This document shows positions 19,639 to 28,474 of a stretch of 64,000 bases of DNA, in pieces. Below the pieces are notes generated by a model that was not told where the DNA came from, ran no database searches, and worked only from the letters and a program-made list of their open reading frames with translations. The translations under genes were made by a program, and so were the position numbers. Position 1 is the first letter of the stretch. Each line of letters begins with the position of its first letter. The stretch is taken from assembly GCA_002311835.1 (NCBI GenBank), contig DBZY01000049.1, positions 49,964-113,963 of the forward strand, read 5' to 3'. Source of the DNA: Proteobacteria bacterium UBA1148 (GTDB lineage Bacteria; Pseudomonadota; Gammaproteobacteria; Steroidobacterales; Rariloculaceae).

Positions 19639-19666
19639 ATTCGTTCGAATCCAATCGGAACCACCA
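19639..19666 (+). other. tRNA 3'-end-like fragment (T-arm, acceptor 3' strand, discriminator and CCA); not a complete tRNA
   Basis: The sequence is attcg-TTCGAAT-ccaat-cggaacc-a-cca. That comprises a canonical T-loop, 4 of 5 T-stem pairs, a 7-nt acceptor 3' strand, a discriminator A and CCA. Upstream there is no matching 5' acceptor strand (GGTTCCG), D-arm or canonical anticodon arm. Confidence 0.45.
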
Positions 19667-19981
19667 CCCATAAACGACTGATACCAACGCTTTCAGCGCT
19701 TGGTGTCGATGTGCGCGCCTTTCGTGACATTGCTCTGGTGATCTTCTGGTGACCACCTAATTTGCTCATTCATCTGCGCTTGGTCTGTGTCTATTGGCAC
19801 GTTTACCCCTTAATTCTCTCCTTCATACCCATGTTTGTCTCCAAAGGGGCAGGGCAGGATGCCGCCCCCACCCCATACCCATATTAACTACTGCTCACAC
19901 ATTTCTAGCCAAATCGGCAAAATGTCTACAATATAATAAAAAAACCGCCATATTCTTGCATTATCTTTGTATCTGCCCCAA

Positions 19982-19995
19982 TATTGTCGACAATA
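19982..19995. promoter_or_regulatory. Perfect 14-bp palindrome TATTGTCGACAATA, a candidate operator for the GntR-family regulator encoded in the prp module
   Basis: The palindrome lies 18 nt upstream of the prpD ATG. Its core tGTcgACa fits the generic GntR/FadR-type operator pattern (GT-Nx-AC inside an A/T-rich palindrome). Confidence 0.4.
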
Positions 19996-20012
19996 ATACG
20001 CGTGCCCCACTC

Positions 20013-21461
20013 ATGACAGCATTTCTCGGGACGAGAGAGAGTCTACGGCCATCTGCCGACAAGCTCTTTGTAGACATTGCGGAATACGTACTGGCGCGAG
20101 AACCGGGGAGCGCTGAAGCCCGAACCACCGCCTTTCACTGTCTGCTCGACACGCTGGGTTGCGGCATCCTCGCACTCAACTATCCCGCTTGTCGGAGCGT
20201 ACTCGGTCCCCTCGTTCCTGGTGCGGATTTCGCTGGAGGTGCGAGAGTTCCGGGTACAGCGTTCAAGCTCGACCCAGTAACGGCAGCTTTCAATATTGGA
20301 GCCATGATTCGCTGGCTCGACTTCAATGACACGTGGCTTGCAGCCGAATGGGGACATCCGTCCGACAACCTTGGCGGCATCCTTGCAGTCGCGGACTATC
20401 TCGATCGTCAGGAAGAAGAACCGGCACTAGCTGTCGGCGACGTCCTTACCGCCATGATCCAAGCGCACGAGATCCAGGGTGTACTAGCGCTCAACCATGC
20501 TTTCAATCGTGTCGGTCTGGACCACGTTCTGCTCGTTCGGATTGCAACCACGGCCGTCGTTACGCGCATGCTCGGCGGCACTCGCGAGCAGATCACCGAC
20601 GCTGTCTCAAACGCGTGGATTGACGGCGGCGCACTCAGAACCTATCGCCACGCTCCGAATACGGGATCGCGAAAAAGCTGGGCCGCAGGCGACGCGACAA
20701 GCCGCGGCGTCCGCCTCGCTTTGATGGTGCTACGCGGCGAAATGGGTTACCCCTCTGCATTGTCCGCTCAGACGTGGGGATTTCAGGACGTGTTGTTTGA
20801 CGGGACAGCGATCGAGCTCGAGCGACCACTCGGCTCCTACGTCATGGAAAATATACTGTTCAAGCTATCTTTCCCAGCCGAGTTCCATGCACAGACAGCT
20901 GTTGAAGCCGCGATGACCCTTCATCCCGAAGTATCGGACCGACTCGACGCTATTGCCGAAATCGAAATCGAGACGCAGGAGGCTGGAGTGCGCATCATCG
21001 ATAAATCAGGACCTCTCGCAAATCCAGCAGATCGCGATCATTGCATTCAATACATGGTAGCGGTGCCGCTGATATTCGGCCGGCTCACGGCCGATGACTA
21101 CGAGGAAGATATAGCGCAAGATCCCCGTATCGATGCACTGCGCGAGAAGATGATTGTGCGAGAGAACCGACAGTTCAGTGCCGACTATCTCGACCCCGAC
21201 AAACGCGCGATCGGCAACGCAATAACGATCAGGTTCGAAGATGGCACGTCGACAGACCGTGTCGCCGTCGATTATCCGATCGGTCATCAGCGGCGGCGTG
21301 CGGAGGGTATCCCCGTACTGCGAGAAAAGTTTGAACGAAATCTTCGCAGTTACTACGGCGGCGATCAGACTGACACGATTCTAGCGGCATGTTCCGATCT
21401 TTCCGGATTGCAGGAAATGAGTTTCTGTAACTTTATGGACTTGTGGGTAACAGTCGAATGA
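20013..21461 (+). CDS. prpD: 2-methylcitrate dehydratase (MmgE/PrpD family)
   Basis: 482 aa from the ATG at 20013. It contains [41 protein letters not shown] and [11 protein letters not shown], which match the PrpD pattern. The longer ORF-track N-terminus runs through non-coding-looking sequence. Confidence 0.88.
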   Translation: MTAFLGTRESLRPSADKLFVDIAEYVLAREPGSAEARTTAFHCLLDTLGCGILALNYPACRSVLGPLVPGADFAGGARVPGTAFKLDPVTAAFNIGAMIRWLDFNDTWLAAEWGHPSDNLGGILAVADYLDRQEEEPALAVGDVLTAMIQAHEIQGVLALNHAFNRVGLDHVLLVRIATTAVVTRMLGGTREQITDAVSNAWIDGGALRTYRHAPNTGSRKSWAAGDATSRGVRLALMVLRGEMGYPSALSAQTWGFQDVLFDGTAIELERPLGSYVMENILFKLSFPAEFHAQTAVEAAMTLHPEVSDRLDAIAEIEIETQEAGVRIIDKSGPLANPADRDHCIQYMVAVPLIFGRLTADDYEEDIAQDPRIDALREKMIVRENRQFSADYLDPDKRAIGNAITIRFEDGTSTDRVAVDYPIGHQRRRAEGIPVLREKFERNLRSYYGGDQTDTILAACSDLSGLQEMSFCNFMDLWVTVE

Positions 21462-22135
21462 TAGCGGAACTTCACAAACACCCGACGACGATTGCTTCGC
21501 GACTCACGGAGGAGTTAACGGACGCAATCGTTACAGGCGAGATCGCCGCCGGCGAGAAGATTAGCGAGCCGAACCTAGCTAACCGTTACGATGTCAGTCG
21601 TGGACCACTTCGTGAAGCCATCCGACGCCTCGAAGGACGCGGCCTCGTAAGACATGTGCCTCACGCCGGGGTCCGCGTCGTGACACTCGAACTCGACGAA
21701 GTTGTCGAGCTTTATGCAATTCGAGAAGCCCTAGAAGGTATGGCCGCCAGGCTTGCGGCCGATCACATGAGTGACACGGAGATCGAAGCTGTTCGCGAAC
21801 TACTCGATGAGCATGAGGTGGCGGTCCAGAAAAGCGAAGGCCGCGAGTACTTCCAGCAGGAGGGCGATCTGGATTTCCACTACCGAATAGTGATGGCGAG
21901 CGGCAATCAAAAGCTTATAGCGCTTCTCTGTGGTGAGCTTTATCACCTCGTGAGAATGCATCGCTACCGATCGAGCCGCACGGCGTCCCGACCTCAGCGG
22001 GCTCTGACCGAGCATCGTCGTATTCTCGACGCTGTTGCCGAACGCGACGGAGAACTTGCCGAACTCCTCATGCGCCGCCATCTTGGTGGAGCGCGCCAGA
22101 GTATCGCGACGCAACTGGAGAAGCCGAATGACTGA
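21458..22135 (+). CDS. GntR-family transcriptional regulator with FCD ligand domain (probable propionate/2-methylcitrate regulator)
   Basis: The N-terminal winged helix-turn-helix ([53 protein letters not shown]) is followed by an FCD-type helical C-terminus with H residues (..DLDFHYRIV.., ..EHRRILDAV..). An ATGA overlap joins it to prpD. Confidence 0.85.
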   Translation: MIAELHKHPTTIASRLTEELTDAIVTGEIAAGEKISEPNLANRYDVSRGPLREAIRRLEGRGLVRHVPHAGVRVVTLELDEVVELYAIREALEGMAARLAADHMSDTEIEAVRELLDEHEVAVQKSEGREYFQQEGDLDFHYRIVMASGNQKLIALLCGELYHLVRMHRYRSSRTASRPQRALTEHRRILDAVAERDGELAELLMRRHLGGARQSIATQLEKPND

Positions 22136-23015
22136 ACGGTCTCGTCAGACTCTCCAGGACGCTCTCAAGGCTCAAACGCCCCTGCAGATCGCAGGCGCCA
22201 TCAATGCGTACTCTGCCTTGCTCGCGGAACGCGCTGGATTCCGAGCGATTTATCTTTCTGGCGCAGGAGTCGCCAACGCCTCATTCGGTATGCCCGATTT
22301 GGCGATGACCACACTTAACGACGTCCTAGAAGATACTCGCCGAATCACTGGCGTTACCCGTTTGCCGTTACTCGTTGACGCGGATACGGGCTGGGGCACG
22401 GCATTCAATATCGCCCGTACGACTCGCGAGCTCATCAGAGCAGGTGCCGCGGGTATGCATATCGAAGATCAAGAGCAGGCGAAGCGCTGTGGGCATCGTC
22501 CCAACAAGGAAACGGTATCGACTGAAGAGATGTGTGATCGCATCAGAGCGGCTGTCGATGCCCGGATAGATGATCAATTCGTCGTCATGGCGCGCACTGA
22601 TGCGTTCGCCCATGAGGGTGAGGAAGCTTCCCTAGATCGCGTGTGCGCCTATATCGAAGCCGGCGCAGACATGATCTTTGCGGAGGCTCTGTACACACTC
22701 GACGACTACCGAGAGTTCACCAGCACGATCAACGTACCCGTACTTGCCAACCTTACGGAGTTCGGACTGACGCCGTGTTTCTCGACCAACGAGCTCGCCG
22801 ATGTCGGCGTGGCGATGGCGCTCTATCCGCTTTCGGCATTCCGCGCGATGAGCAAAGCCGCACTTACGATCTACGAGACGATACTCCGCGAAGGAACACA
22901 GAAGCCGGTTCTGGATTCTATGCAGACGCGAGAAGAGCTGTATGAGGTACTCGGCTATCACGACTACGAACGAAAGCTCGACGAACTTTTCGCAGCGCGT
23001 GAGAAGAAAGAATGA
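22128..23015 (+). CDS. prpB: Methylisocitrate lyase
   Basis: It contains [30 protein letters not shown], the active-site loop EDQ...KRCGHRPNK, and ARTDA. An ATGACTGA overlap joins it to the regulator gene. Confidence 0.9.
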   Translation: MTERSRQTLQDALKAQTPLQIAGAINAYSALLAERAGFRAIYLSGAGVANASFGMPDLAMTTLNDVLEDTRRITGVTRLPLLVDADTGWGTAFNIARTTRELIRAGAAGMHIEDQEQAKRCGHRPNKETVSTEEMCDRIRAAVDARIDDQFVVMARTDAFAHEGEEASLDRVCAYIEAGADMIFAEALYTLDDYREFTSTINVPVLANLTEFGLTPCFSTNELADVGVAMALYPLSAFRAMSKAALTIYETILREGTQKPVLDSMQTREELYEVLGYHDYERKLDELFAAREKKE

Positions 23016-24142
23016 ACAGTAAAAAGACCGACCAGGCCAGTCTGCGTGGCGTGTCTGCCGGCGAGACGGCCATCGCAACCGTTGGAAAAGAAGGCCACGG
23101 GCTCACCTACCGAGGTTACGACATCCTAGAGTTGTCCGATTCTGCAACGTTTGAGGAGGTAGCGTGGTTACTGCTGTACGGCGAGCTGCCCAGCACTGCT
23201 GAGCTGACTGCATACCTGAGTGAGCTGCGATCACTTCGCGAGCTACCGGCTTCGCTCTGTGAAGTTCTCGAGCGGATTCCAGCCGAAACGCACCCGATGG
23301 ACGTGCTACGGACGGGCTGCTCCATGCTCGGCACGCTCGAGCCCGAGCGCGATTTCTCGCAGCAGCTCGATTCGGCCAATCGGCTGATCGCGACATTTCC
23401 CGGCATGCTCCTGTATTGGCATCACTTCGCAACGAATGGCGCACAAATCGCAACTCAGTCGAACGAGGAAACGCTGGCGGGACATTTCCTGCATCTGCTA
23501 CATGGCGAGGTGCCCAGCGAACTGCATCGTCGCGCGATGGACGTGTCATTAATTCTTTATGCGGAACACGAGTTCAACGCCTCTACGTTCACGGCCAGAG
23601 TATGCGCGGCAACGCTCTCTGATCTTCACTCGGCCGTAACGGGCGCTATCGGGACCTTGCGTGGACCGCTGCACGGTGGCGCGAATGAGGCTGCGATGGA
23701 ATTGATCGAACAGTTCGACTCGGCGGGCGCTGCTCGCGTCGGCGTCAAGGAGATGCTCGAGCGAAAAGCCAAGATTATGGGATTCGGCCACGCGGTTTAT
23801 AAAGAATCCGACCCGCGCAATCAGGTTATCAAGGCATGGTCGCAGAAGCTGGCCGAGGATGCCGGCGACACCGTGCTCTACCCTGTGTCAGAAGCCATCG
23901 ACACGGTGATGTGGGAGGAGAAACGCCTTTTCCCGAATCTCGACTTTTATAGCGCGTCGGCCTACCACTTCATGGGCATTCCGACCTATCTCTTTACACC
24001 CATTTTCGTGTGTTCCCGGATAATTGGCTGGGCAACGCACATCATGGAGCAGCGCGCGAACAACAAGCTGATCCGACCCGCCGCAGACTACACGGGTCCC
24101 GAGACGAGACCATACGTCGCGATGGCAGAGCGAGCTTCATGA
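23012..24142 (+). CDS. prpC: 2-methylcitrate synthase
   Basis: 376 aa of the short (type I-like) citrate synthase family. It contains [43 protein letters not shown] and DFYSA. An ATGA overlap joins it to prpB. Confidence 0.88.
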   Translation: MNSKKTDQASLRGVSAGETAIATVGKEGHGLTYRGYDILELSDSATFEEVAWLLLYGELPSTAELTAYLSELRSLRELPASLCEVLERIPAETHPMDVLRTGCSMLGTLEPERDFSQQLDSANRLIATFPGMLLYWHHFATNGAQIATQSNEETLAGHFLHLLHGEVPSELHRRAMDVSLILYAEHEFNASTFTARVCAATLSDLHSAVTGAIGTLRGPLHGGANEAAMELIEQFDSAGAARVGVKEMLERKAKIMGFGHAVYKESDPRNQVIKAWSQKLAEDAGDTVLYPVSEAIDTVMWEEKRLFPNLDFYSASAYHFMGIPTYLFTPIFVCSRIIGWATHIMEQRANNKLIRPAADYTGPETRPYVAMAERAS

Positions 24143-24213
24143 CGCAGAAATTCCAGACACTCTACCGGGAGTCGCTCGACGATCTCGAAAGTCTATGGGC
24201 CGAGGGTAACTAG
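24139..24213 (+). pseudogene. prpE: Remnant of a propionate--CoA ligase (prpE/acs family) gene: N-terminal 24 codons only
   Basis: An ATG overlaps the prpC stop (ATGA) and opens [24 protein letters not shown]. This parallels the PrpE/Acs N-terminus (..F/Y.RS...PE.FWAEQA..). The frame ends at the TAG at 24211-24213, which shares bases with the stop of the convergent ybbA-like gene. Confidence 0.5.
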
Positions 24214-24908
24214 TCAGCGCTATGCGATCTTGATTTGATGATGCGGCCGGCAGCCATCTCGAACATTAGATCACAGCGGCCGGCAGCTGTAAGGTCGTGG
24301 GTGACCAACACCAGCGTTGTATTGGCCGCTGCATTAAGCTCAAAGAGTAGATTTAGAATCCGTCCACCCGTTTTATTATCCAAATTTCCAGTAGGTTCAT
24401 CGGCGAACAGAAGTGAAGGGCTTGTTACAAAGGCTCGAGCGATGGCAACTCGCTGTTTCTCGCCGCCGGAAAGTTGTCGTGGATAATGATATAAGCGAGA
24501 GTCGAGGCCAACCTGGTTCAATGCTTCTCGGGCATGATCGGTGGGGTTCTCAGCGCCACTCAACTCTAGGGGTAGGAGTACATTCTCGAGCGCGGTCAGG
24601 GAGGGAAGGAGGTGAAACGACTGAAAGATAAATCCAACCTGCTGATTTCGTAGCTGCGCTCTACCATCTTCGTTCAGCGCCGTGAGTTCTACACCGGCTA
24701 ACCAGACCTCGCCGGATGTTGCCTCGTCTAAGCCTGCCAACAGCGCCAACAACGTTGATTTCCCGGCTCCGGAAGTTCCAACAATCGCAGCCGTTTCTCC
24801 GCTATTTACACTAAGGCTGGCGTCATCCAGGATGGTCAACTCCCCTTCTGGGCTGGTAACCTTCTTAGTTAAGGCGCGCGCCACAAGTAAAGAGCTAGGT
24901 TTGGTCAT
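24210..24908 (-). CDS. ybbA: ABC transporter ATP-binding protein, YbbA/LolD-like
   Basis: It carries Walker A GTSGAGKSTLL, LSGGEKQRVAIARA, and Walker B LLFADEPTGNLD. It is divergent from tesA, as in E. coli. The start could be 24908 or 24923. Confidence 0.8.
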   Translation of the reverse strand: MTKPSSLLVARALTKKVTSPEGELTILDDASLSVNSGETAAIVGTSGAGKSTLLALLAGLDEATSGEVWLAGVELTALNEDGRAQLRNQQVGFIFQSFHLLPSLTALENVLLPLELSGAENPTDHAREALNQVGLDSRLYHYPRQLSGGEKQRVAIARAFVTSPSLLFADEPTGNLDNKTGGRILNLLFELNAAANTTLVLVTHDLTAAGRCDLMFEMAAGRIIKSRSHSAD

Positions 24909-25548
24909 GTTATCCAGAGGCATTATTTCTGCTCGTTTTTTTGTTACCGCTACCATCGCAGCAGTGGTTATCCTTCTGTGGACTATCCCCGCTAATCCAG
25001 CCGGACAGACCATAGTCGTAGTAGGCGATTCGCTCAGCAGCGGCTATGGGCTGCGTATCGAACAATCCTGGGTTGCAATGCTACAGGATCGACTGCATGC
25101 AGAAGGTTACGGTTATGAAATTATCAATGCCAGTGTTCCGGGTGATACAAGTTCGGGAGGACTGGCGCGGTTACCAAGGCTTTTAGAGGCACACCAGCCA
25201 ACCCTGGTGATCATTGAGCTTGGTGGGAATGATGGGTTACGGGGACAATCTATAGAGAGGCTTCGCGAAAATCTGCGAACCATGATTGAGTTGGCTCAGG
25301 GGAGCGGTGCAACGCCTATTCTCACAGGGATCAGAATTCCGCCCAATTACGGTTCGGCGTACGCTGAGGCGCTAGCTGGCACGTATCCGGAACTCTCCCG
25401 ACAACTCGGTGTACCGTTGGTTACGTTCCTGATGGAAGGAGTAGCCTTAGACAAAAACTTGATGCAACCTGACGGGATTCATCCAAATGCTGACGGTAAT
25501 GCAGTCATGCTAGAGAATGTCTGGATGGTGCTGGCGGAACTCTTGTGA
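24907..25548 (+). CDS. tesA: SGNH/GDSL arylesterase / acyl-CoA thioesterase I
   Basis: A signal-like N-terminus is followed by block I VVVGDSLSSGYG, block III ELGGNDGLRG, and block V DGIHPN. I chose the ATG at 24907; upstream in-frame codons are antisense to ybbA. Confidence 0.8.
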   Translation: MLSRGIISARFFVTATIAAVVILLWTIPANPAGQTIVVVGDSLSSGYGLRIEQSWVAMLQDRLHAEGYGYEIINASVPGDTSSGGLARLPRLLEAHQPTLVIIELGGNDGLRGQSIERLRENLRTMIELAQGSGATPILTGIRIPPNYGSAYAEALAGTYPELSRQLGVPLVTFLMEGVALDKNLMQPDGIHPNADGNAVMLENVWMVLAELL

Positions 25549-25605
25549 TGTGTTGGAGTTTGTTCAATAAGAGTTCAATTTTGATCACTCCGCACGAGAG
25601 TAACG

Positions 25606-27279
25606 ATGGTCCTCATAGATAAGATGCGACCCTGGCTGAGCTCGTATCCGAAAGGAGTGCCTGCTGAAATAAACCCTAGTCAGTATCCATCCTTAAAGGA
25701 ACTACTAGAACATAGTTTTCGGGAGTTTGCGGAGTTACCTGCGTTTTCTAATCTAGGTACGACGATGAATTTTGCACAGGTAGAGCAGTTCAGTCGTTAT
25801 TTCGCTGCCTACCTTCAAGCAGCAACAGGCCTAGAATCCGGGGACCGCGTCGCCATTATGATGCCCAACCTTCTTCAGTATCCCGTGGTTGTGTTCGGGA
25901 TTTTGCGGGCAGGGATGATAGCGGTGAACGTGAACCCGCTCTACACGGCGCGAGAGTTAGAACATCAGCTAAACGATAGTGGCGCGCGTTCAATAGTTGT
26001 TTTGGAGAATTTTGCGAGCACCTTGCAGTCCGTGTTGCCCACAACAGCGATTGAAACGGTAATTGTGACGAAAGTCGGAGATCACTTTCCATTCTTGAAG
26101 CGCGTCGCCACTAATTTTGTCGTTAAGCGCATCAAAAAGATTGTACCCCCCTGGGCTATACAAACAGCGGTGAGCTATCTACATGCACTTGTTGCTGGAA
26201 AGGACCTCTCATACCGAGAAGTTGTGCTGGGGTCTGAGGACATCGCATTCTTGCAATACACGGGCGGCACGACGGGTGTTGCGAAGGGGGCGATGCTCAC
26301 GCATCGAAACATAGTTAGCAACGTTTTGCAGGCTGCCGCGTGGGCGAGACCTTTCATTACTGAACGCGAAGGCATCGTTGTCACCCCACTTCCGCTCTAT
26401 CATGCGTTTTCCTTAACAGCCAATTTATTTTGTTTTGTAGAGCTTGGCGGACACAATATCTTGATAACCAATCCTAGGGACTTGCCTAGTCTCATTAAAG
26501 AACTCAAGCGAGGGCCGTTCACCTACATCACCGGCGTCAACACGTTGTTTGCTGCACTATTGAATTCACCAGCGTTTGCAAGCATCGATTTTAGTCAATT
26601 GAGGGTGAGCATGGGTGGTGGAATGGCTGTTCAAAGTAGCGTTTCGGATGAATGGAAAGCGCTGACGGGGCAATCACTTACTCAGGGTTACGGCCTTACC
26701 GAAACATCGCCCATCGTCTGCGCCAATCCTTTGGATGACAGAGCATTCAATGGTTCTGTGGGGCTTCCGCTGCCGTCGACTGAAGTAATAATCTGTGATG
26801 ATGATGGGACGATGCTGGGGGCAAACGAGGCTGGAGAGATTTGTGTCCGTGGCCCTCAGGTGATGAAGGGGTATTGGAACCAGCCGGAGGCGACCGCGGA
26901 GATTCTCTCTGACAATGGTTGGCTCAAGACAGGTGATATCGGTCGGATGGATGCCCAGGGCTTCATTTACATTGAGGATCGTAAGAAAGACCTCATATTG
27001 GTGTCCGGGTTTAATGTTTATCCCAACGAGATCGAAAATGTTGTTGTTGGCCATCCAGATGTGTTGGAAGCGGCCGTTATAGGGGTCCCGGATCAGCGGA
27101 CGGGAGAAGCCGTGAAGTTGTTTGCTGTCAAAAAAAATCCTGCGCTGACTGAGGCACAGCTCATCGAACATTGCCGTGAAAATCTGACAGGCTATAAGAT
27201 ACCGCGAGAGGTAATTTTTCGAGATGAATTACCAAAAACAAATGTTGGGAAGGTGCTCAGGCGAGCACTCAGAGAGTAA
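25606..27279 (+). CDS. fadD: Long-chain-fatty-acid--CoA ligase
   Basis: The N-terminus WLSSYPKGVPAEINPSQYPSL resembles E. coli FadD. It also has the AMP-binding motif LQYTGGTTGVAKGAMLTHRN, plus GYGLTE, TGD and GKVLRR. Confidence 0.88.
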   Translation: MVLIDKMRPWLSSYPKGVPAEINPSQYPSLKELLEHSFREFAELPAFSNLGTTMNFAQVEQFSRYFAAYLQAATGLESGDRVAIMMPNLLQYPVVVFGILRAGMIAVNVNPLYTARELEHQLNDSGARSIVVLENFASTLQSVLPTTAIETVIVTKVGDHFPFLKRVATNFVVKRIKKIVPPWAIQTAVSYLHALVAGKDLSYREVVLGSEDIAFLQYTGGTTGVAKGAMLTHRNIVSNVLQAAAWARPFITEREGIVVTPLPLYHAFSLTANLFCFVELGGHNILITNPRDLPSLIKELKRGPFTYITGVNTLFAALLNSPAFASIDFSQLRVSMGGGMAVQSSVSDEWKALTGQSLTQGYGLTETSPIVCANPLDDRAFNGSVGLPLPSTEVIICDDDGTMLGANEAGEICVRGPQVMKGYWNQPEATAEILSDNGWLKTGDIGRMDAQGFIYIEDRKKDLILVSGFNVYPNEIENVVVGHPDVLEAAVIGVPDQRTGEAVKLFAVKKNPALTEAQLIEHCRENLTGYKIPREVIFRDELPKTNVGKVLRRALRE

Positions 27280-27650
27280 TGGACCGATCAGTTAACGTAT
27301 TAGGAGAGCCTCTGGAAAGCTGTAGTGAAAATCCTATGACAGGGTTTTTTCGCGACGGGTGTTGTAACACTAGTGAGGATGATGTGGGCTCTCACACGAT
27401 ATGTGTGAAGGTAACTAAGGAATTCCTGGAGTTCTCGCGATTTAAAGGTAACGATTTATCAACTCCCCTCCCGGAATTTGGATTTCCCGGACTTAAGTCG
27501 GGGGATCAATGGTGTCTTTGCGCGGCACGTTGGTTGGAGGCACAACAGCACGGGATGGCACCTCGTGTGATGCTGAGGGGGACTCACTCAGGAGCTCTAG
27601 AAATTGTACCGCTGGATCTTTTAAAGGAGTATGCGGCCGATCTTAACTAA
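27279..27650 (+). CDS. DUF2237 family protein
   Basis: 123 aa. The stretch LGEPLESCSENPMTGFFRDGCC....D.G.HT.C and the later WCLCAARW match my memory of the DUF2237 pattern. A TAATG overlap joins it to fadD. Confidence 0.7.
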   Translation: MDRSVNVLGEPLESCSENPMTGFFRDGCCNTSEDDVGSHTICVKVTKEFLEFSRFKGNDLSTPLPEFGFPGLKSGDQWCLCAARWLEAQQHGMAPRVMLRGTHSGALEIVPLDLLKEYAADLN

Positions 27651-27700
27651 CGTGACCTAACCCAATAGATCACAATGTCGCTGAGATGTTCTGGTGGGGC

Positions 27701-28426
27701 TTATTGCAAGGCGGAGGCAATTTCCGCTTGGATAGTCTCGGCTATCTGGCGGGGATTTGGTGCGTTGCGTATTGGTCGGCCGACGACAATATAGCTTGCT
27801 CCATTTTCAAAAGCTTGGCTCGGAGTGACAATACGCTTCTGGTCGTCTCTAGATCTTTTGCTGGCGGGACGAATCCCTGGTGTCACGATGACCGGGCCCA
27901 GCCCCAGCGTTTCACGAAGCGAGGCGGCTTCCAGCCCAGACGCGATAACACCGTCGCAGCCCACGGCCATTGCAAGCTTTGCTCGCTCCAGCACCAGACT
28001 CTGTACATCTAACTCAATACCCATCTGTCTTAGATCTTTACTGTCCATGCTGGTTAGTACTGTCACTGCGAGAATTTGTAAGCGACTCTTTTCAGAAACA
28101 GCTGCTTCCATGATGGATTTATCACCATGTACAGTTAGAAAAGAAGCGCCTCTACCACTGATCTGACGAACGGCTGCGGCTACTGTGGCAGGCACATCGT
28201 AAAATTTTAGGTCGGCGAAGACGCGTTTGTCCCGATTTATCAGCCAGTCTAGAAGCTCGAAGTAGCCTCCGGATGCGGAGAGTTCCAGGCCGATCTTATA
28301 AAATTCTACAACGTTCCCTAGTTCCTCAACCAAAGTTCGTGCCGCATCAGCATCGGGCACGTCCAGTGCAACTATTAGGCGCTGGCTCGGCGGGATATCG
28401 GGGTGGGGAACAGACTCTATTGACAC
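27701..28426 (-). CDS. pyrF: Orotidine 5'-phosphate decarboxylase
   Basis: It contains LIVALDV, FYKIG.EL, FADLKFYDVP, TVHG, and the C-terminal VVGRPI. Confidence 0.88.
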   Translation of the reverse strand: MSIESVPHPDIPPSQRLIVALDVPDADAARTLVEELGNVVEFYKIGLELSASGGYFELLDWLINRDKRVFADLKFYDVPATVAAAVRQISGRGASFLTVHGDKSIMEAAVSEKSRLQILAVTVLTSMDSKDLRQMGIELDVQSLVLERAKLAMAVGCDGVIASGLEAASLRETLGLGPVIVTPGIRPASKRSRDDQKRIVTPSQAFENGASYIVVGRPIRNAPNPRQIAETIQAEIASALQ

Positions 28427-28474
28427 GCTATGTATTCTAGCAGAGGACTGGTCATAGCGGATGACGTGTTGCAG

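Noticed and set aside
19590-19666. A possible complete tRNA gene after the dehydrogenase.
   Set aside because: Only the T-arm, acceptor 3' strand and CCA are present. There is no complementary 5' acceptor strand, no D-arm, and the only stem in the anticodon position has a 12-nt loop. I report it as a fragment instead.
24210-24213. Using the overlapping convergent stop codons (CTAG) by themselves as proof of a rearrangement junction.
   Set aside because: The same kind of overlap (TTAG) occurs between the MFS gene and the CinA-like gene at 3672-3675. Overlapping convergent stops therefore appear to be a general feature of this compact genome. The junction argument rests on the truncated prpE and the missing ybbP.
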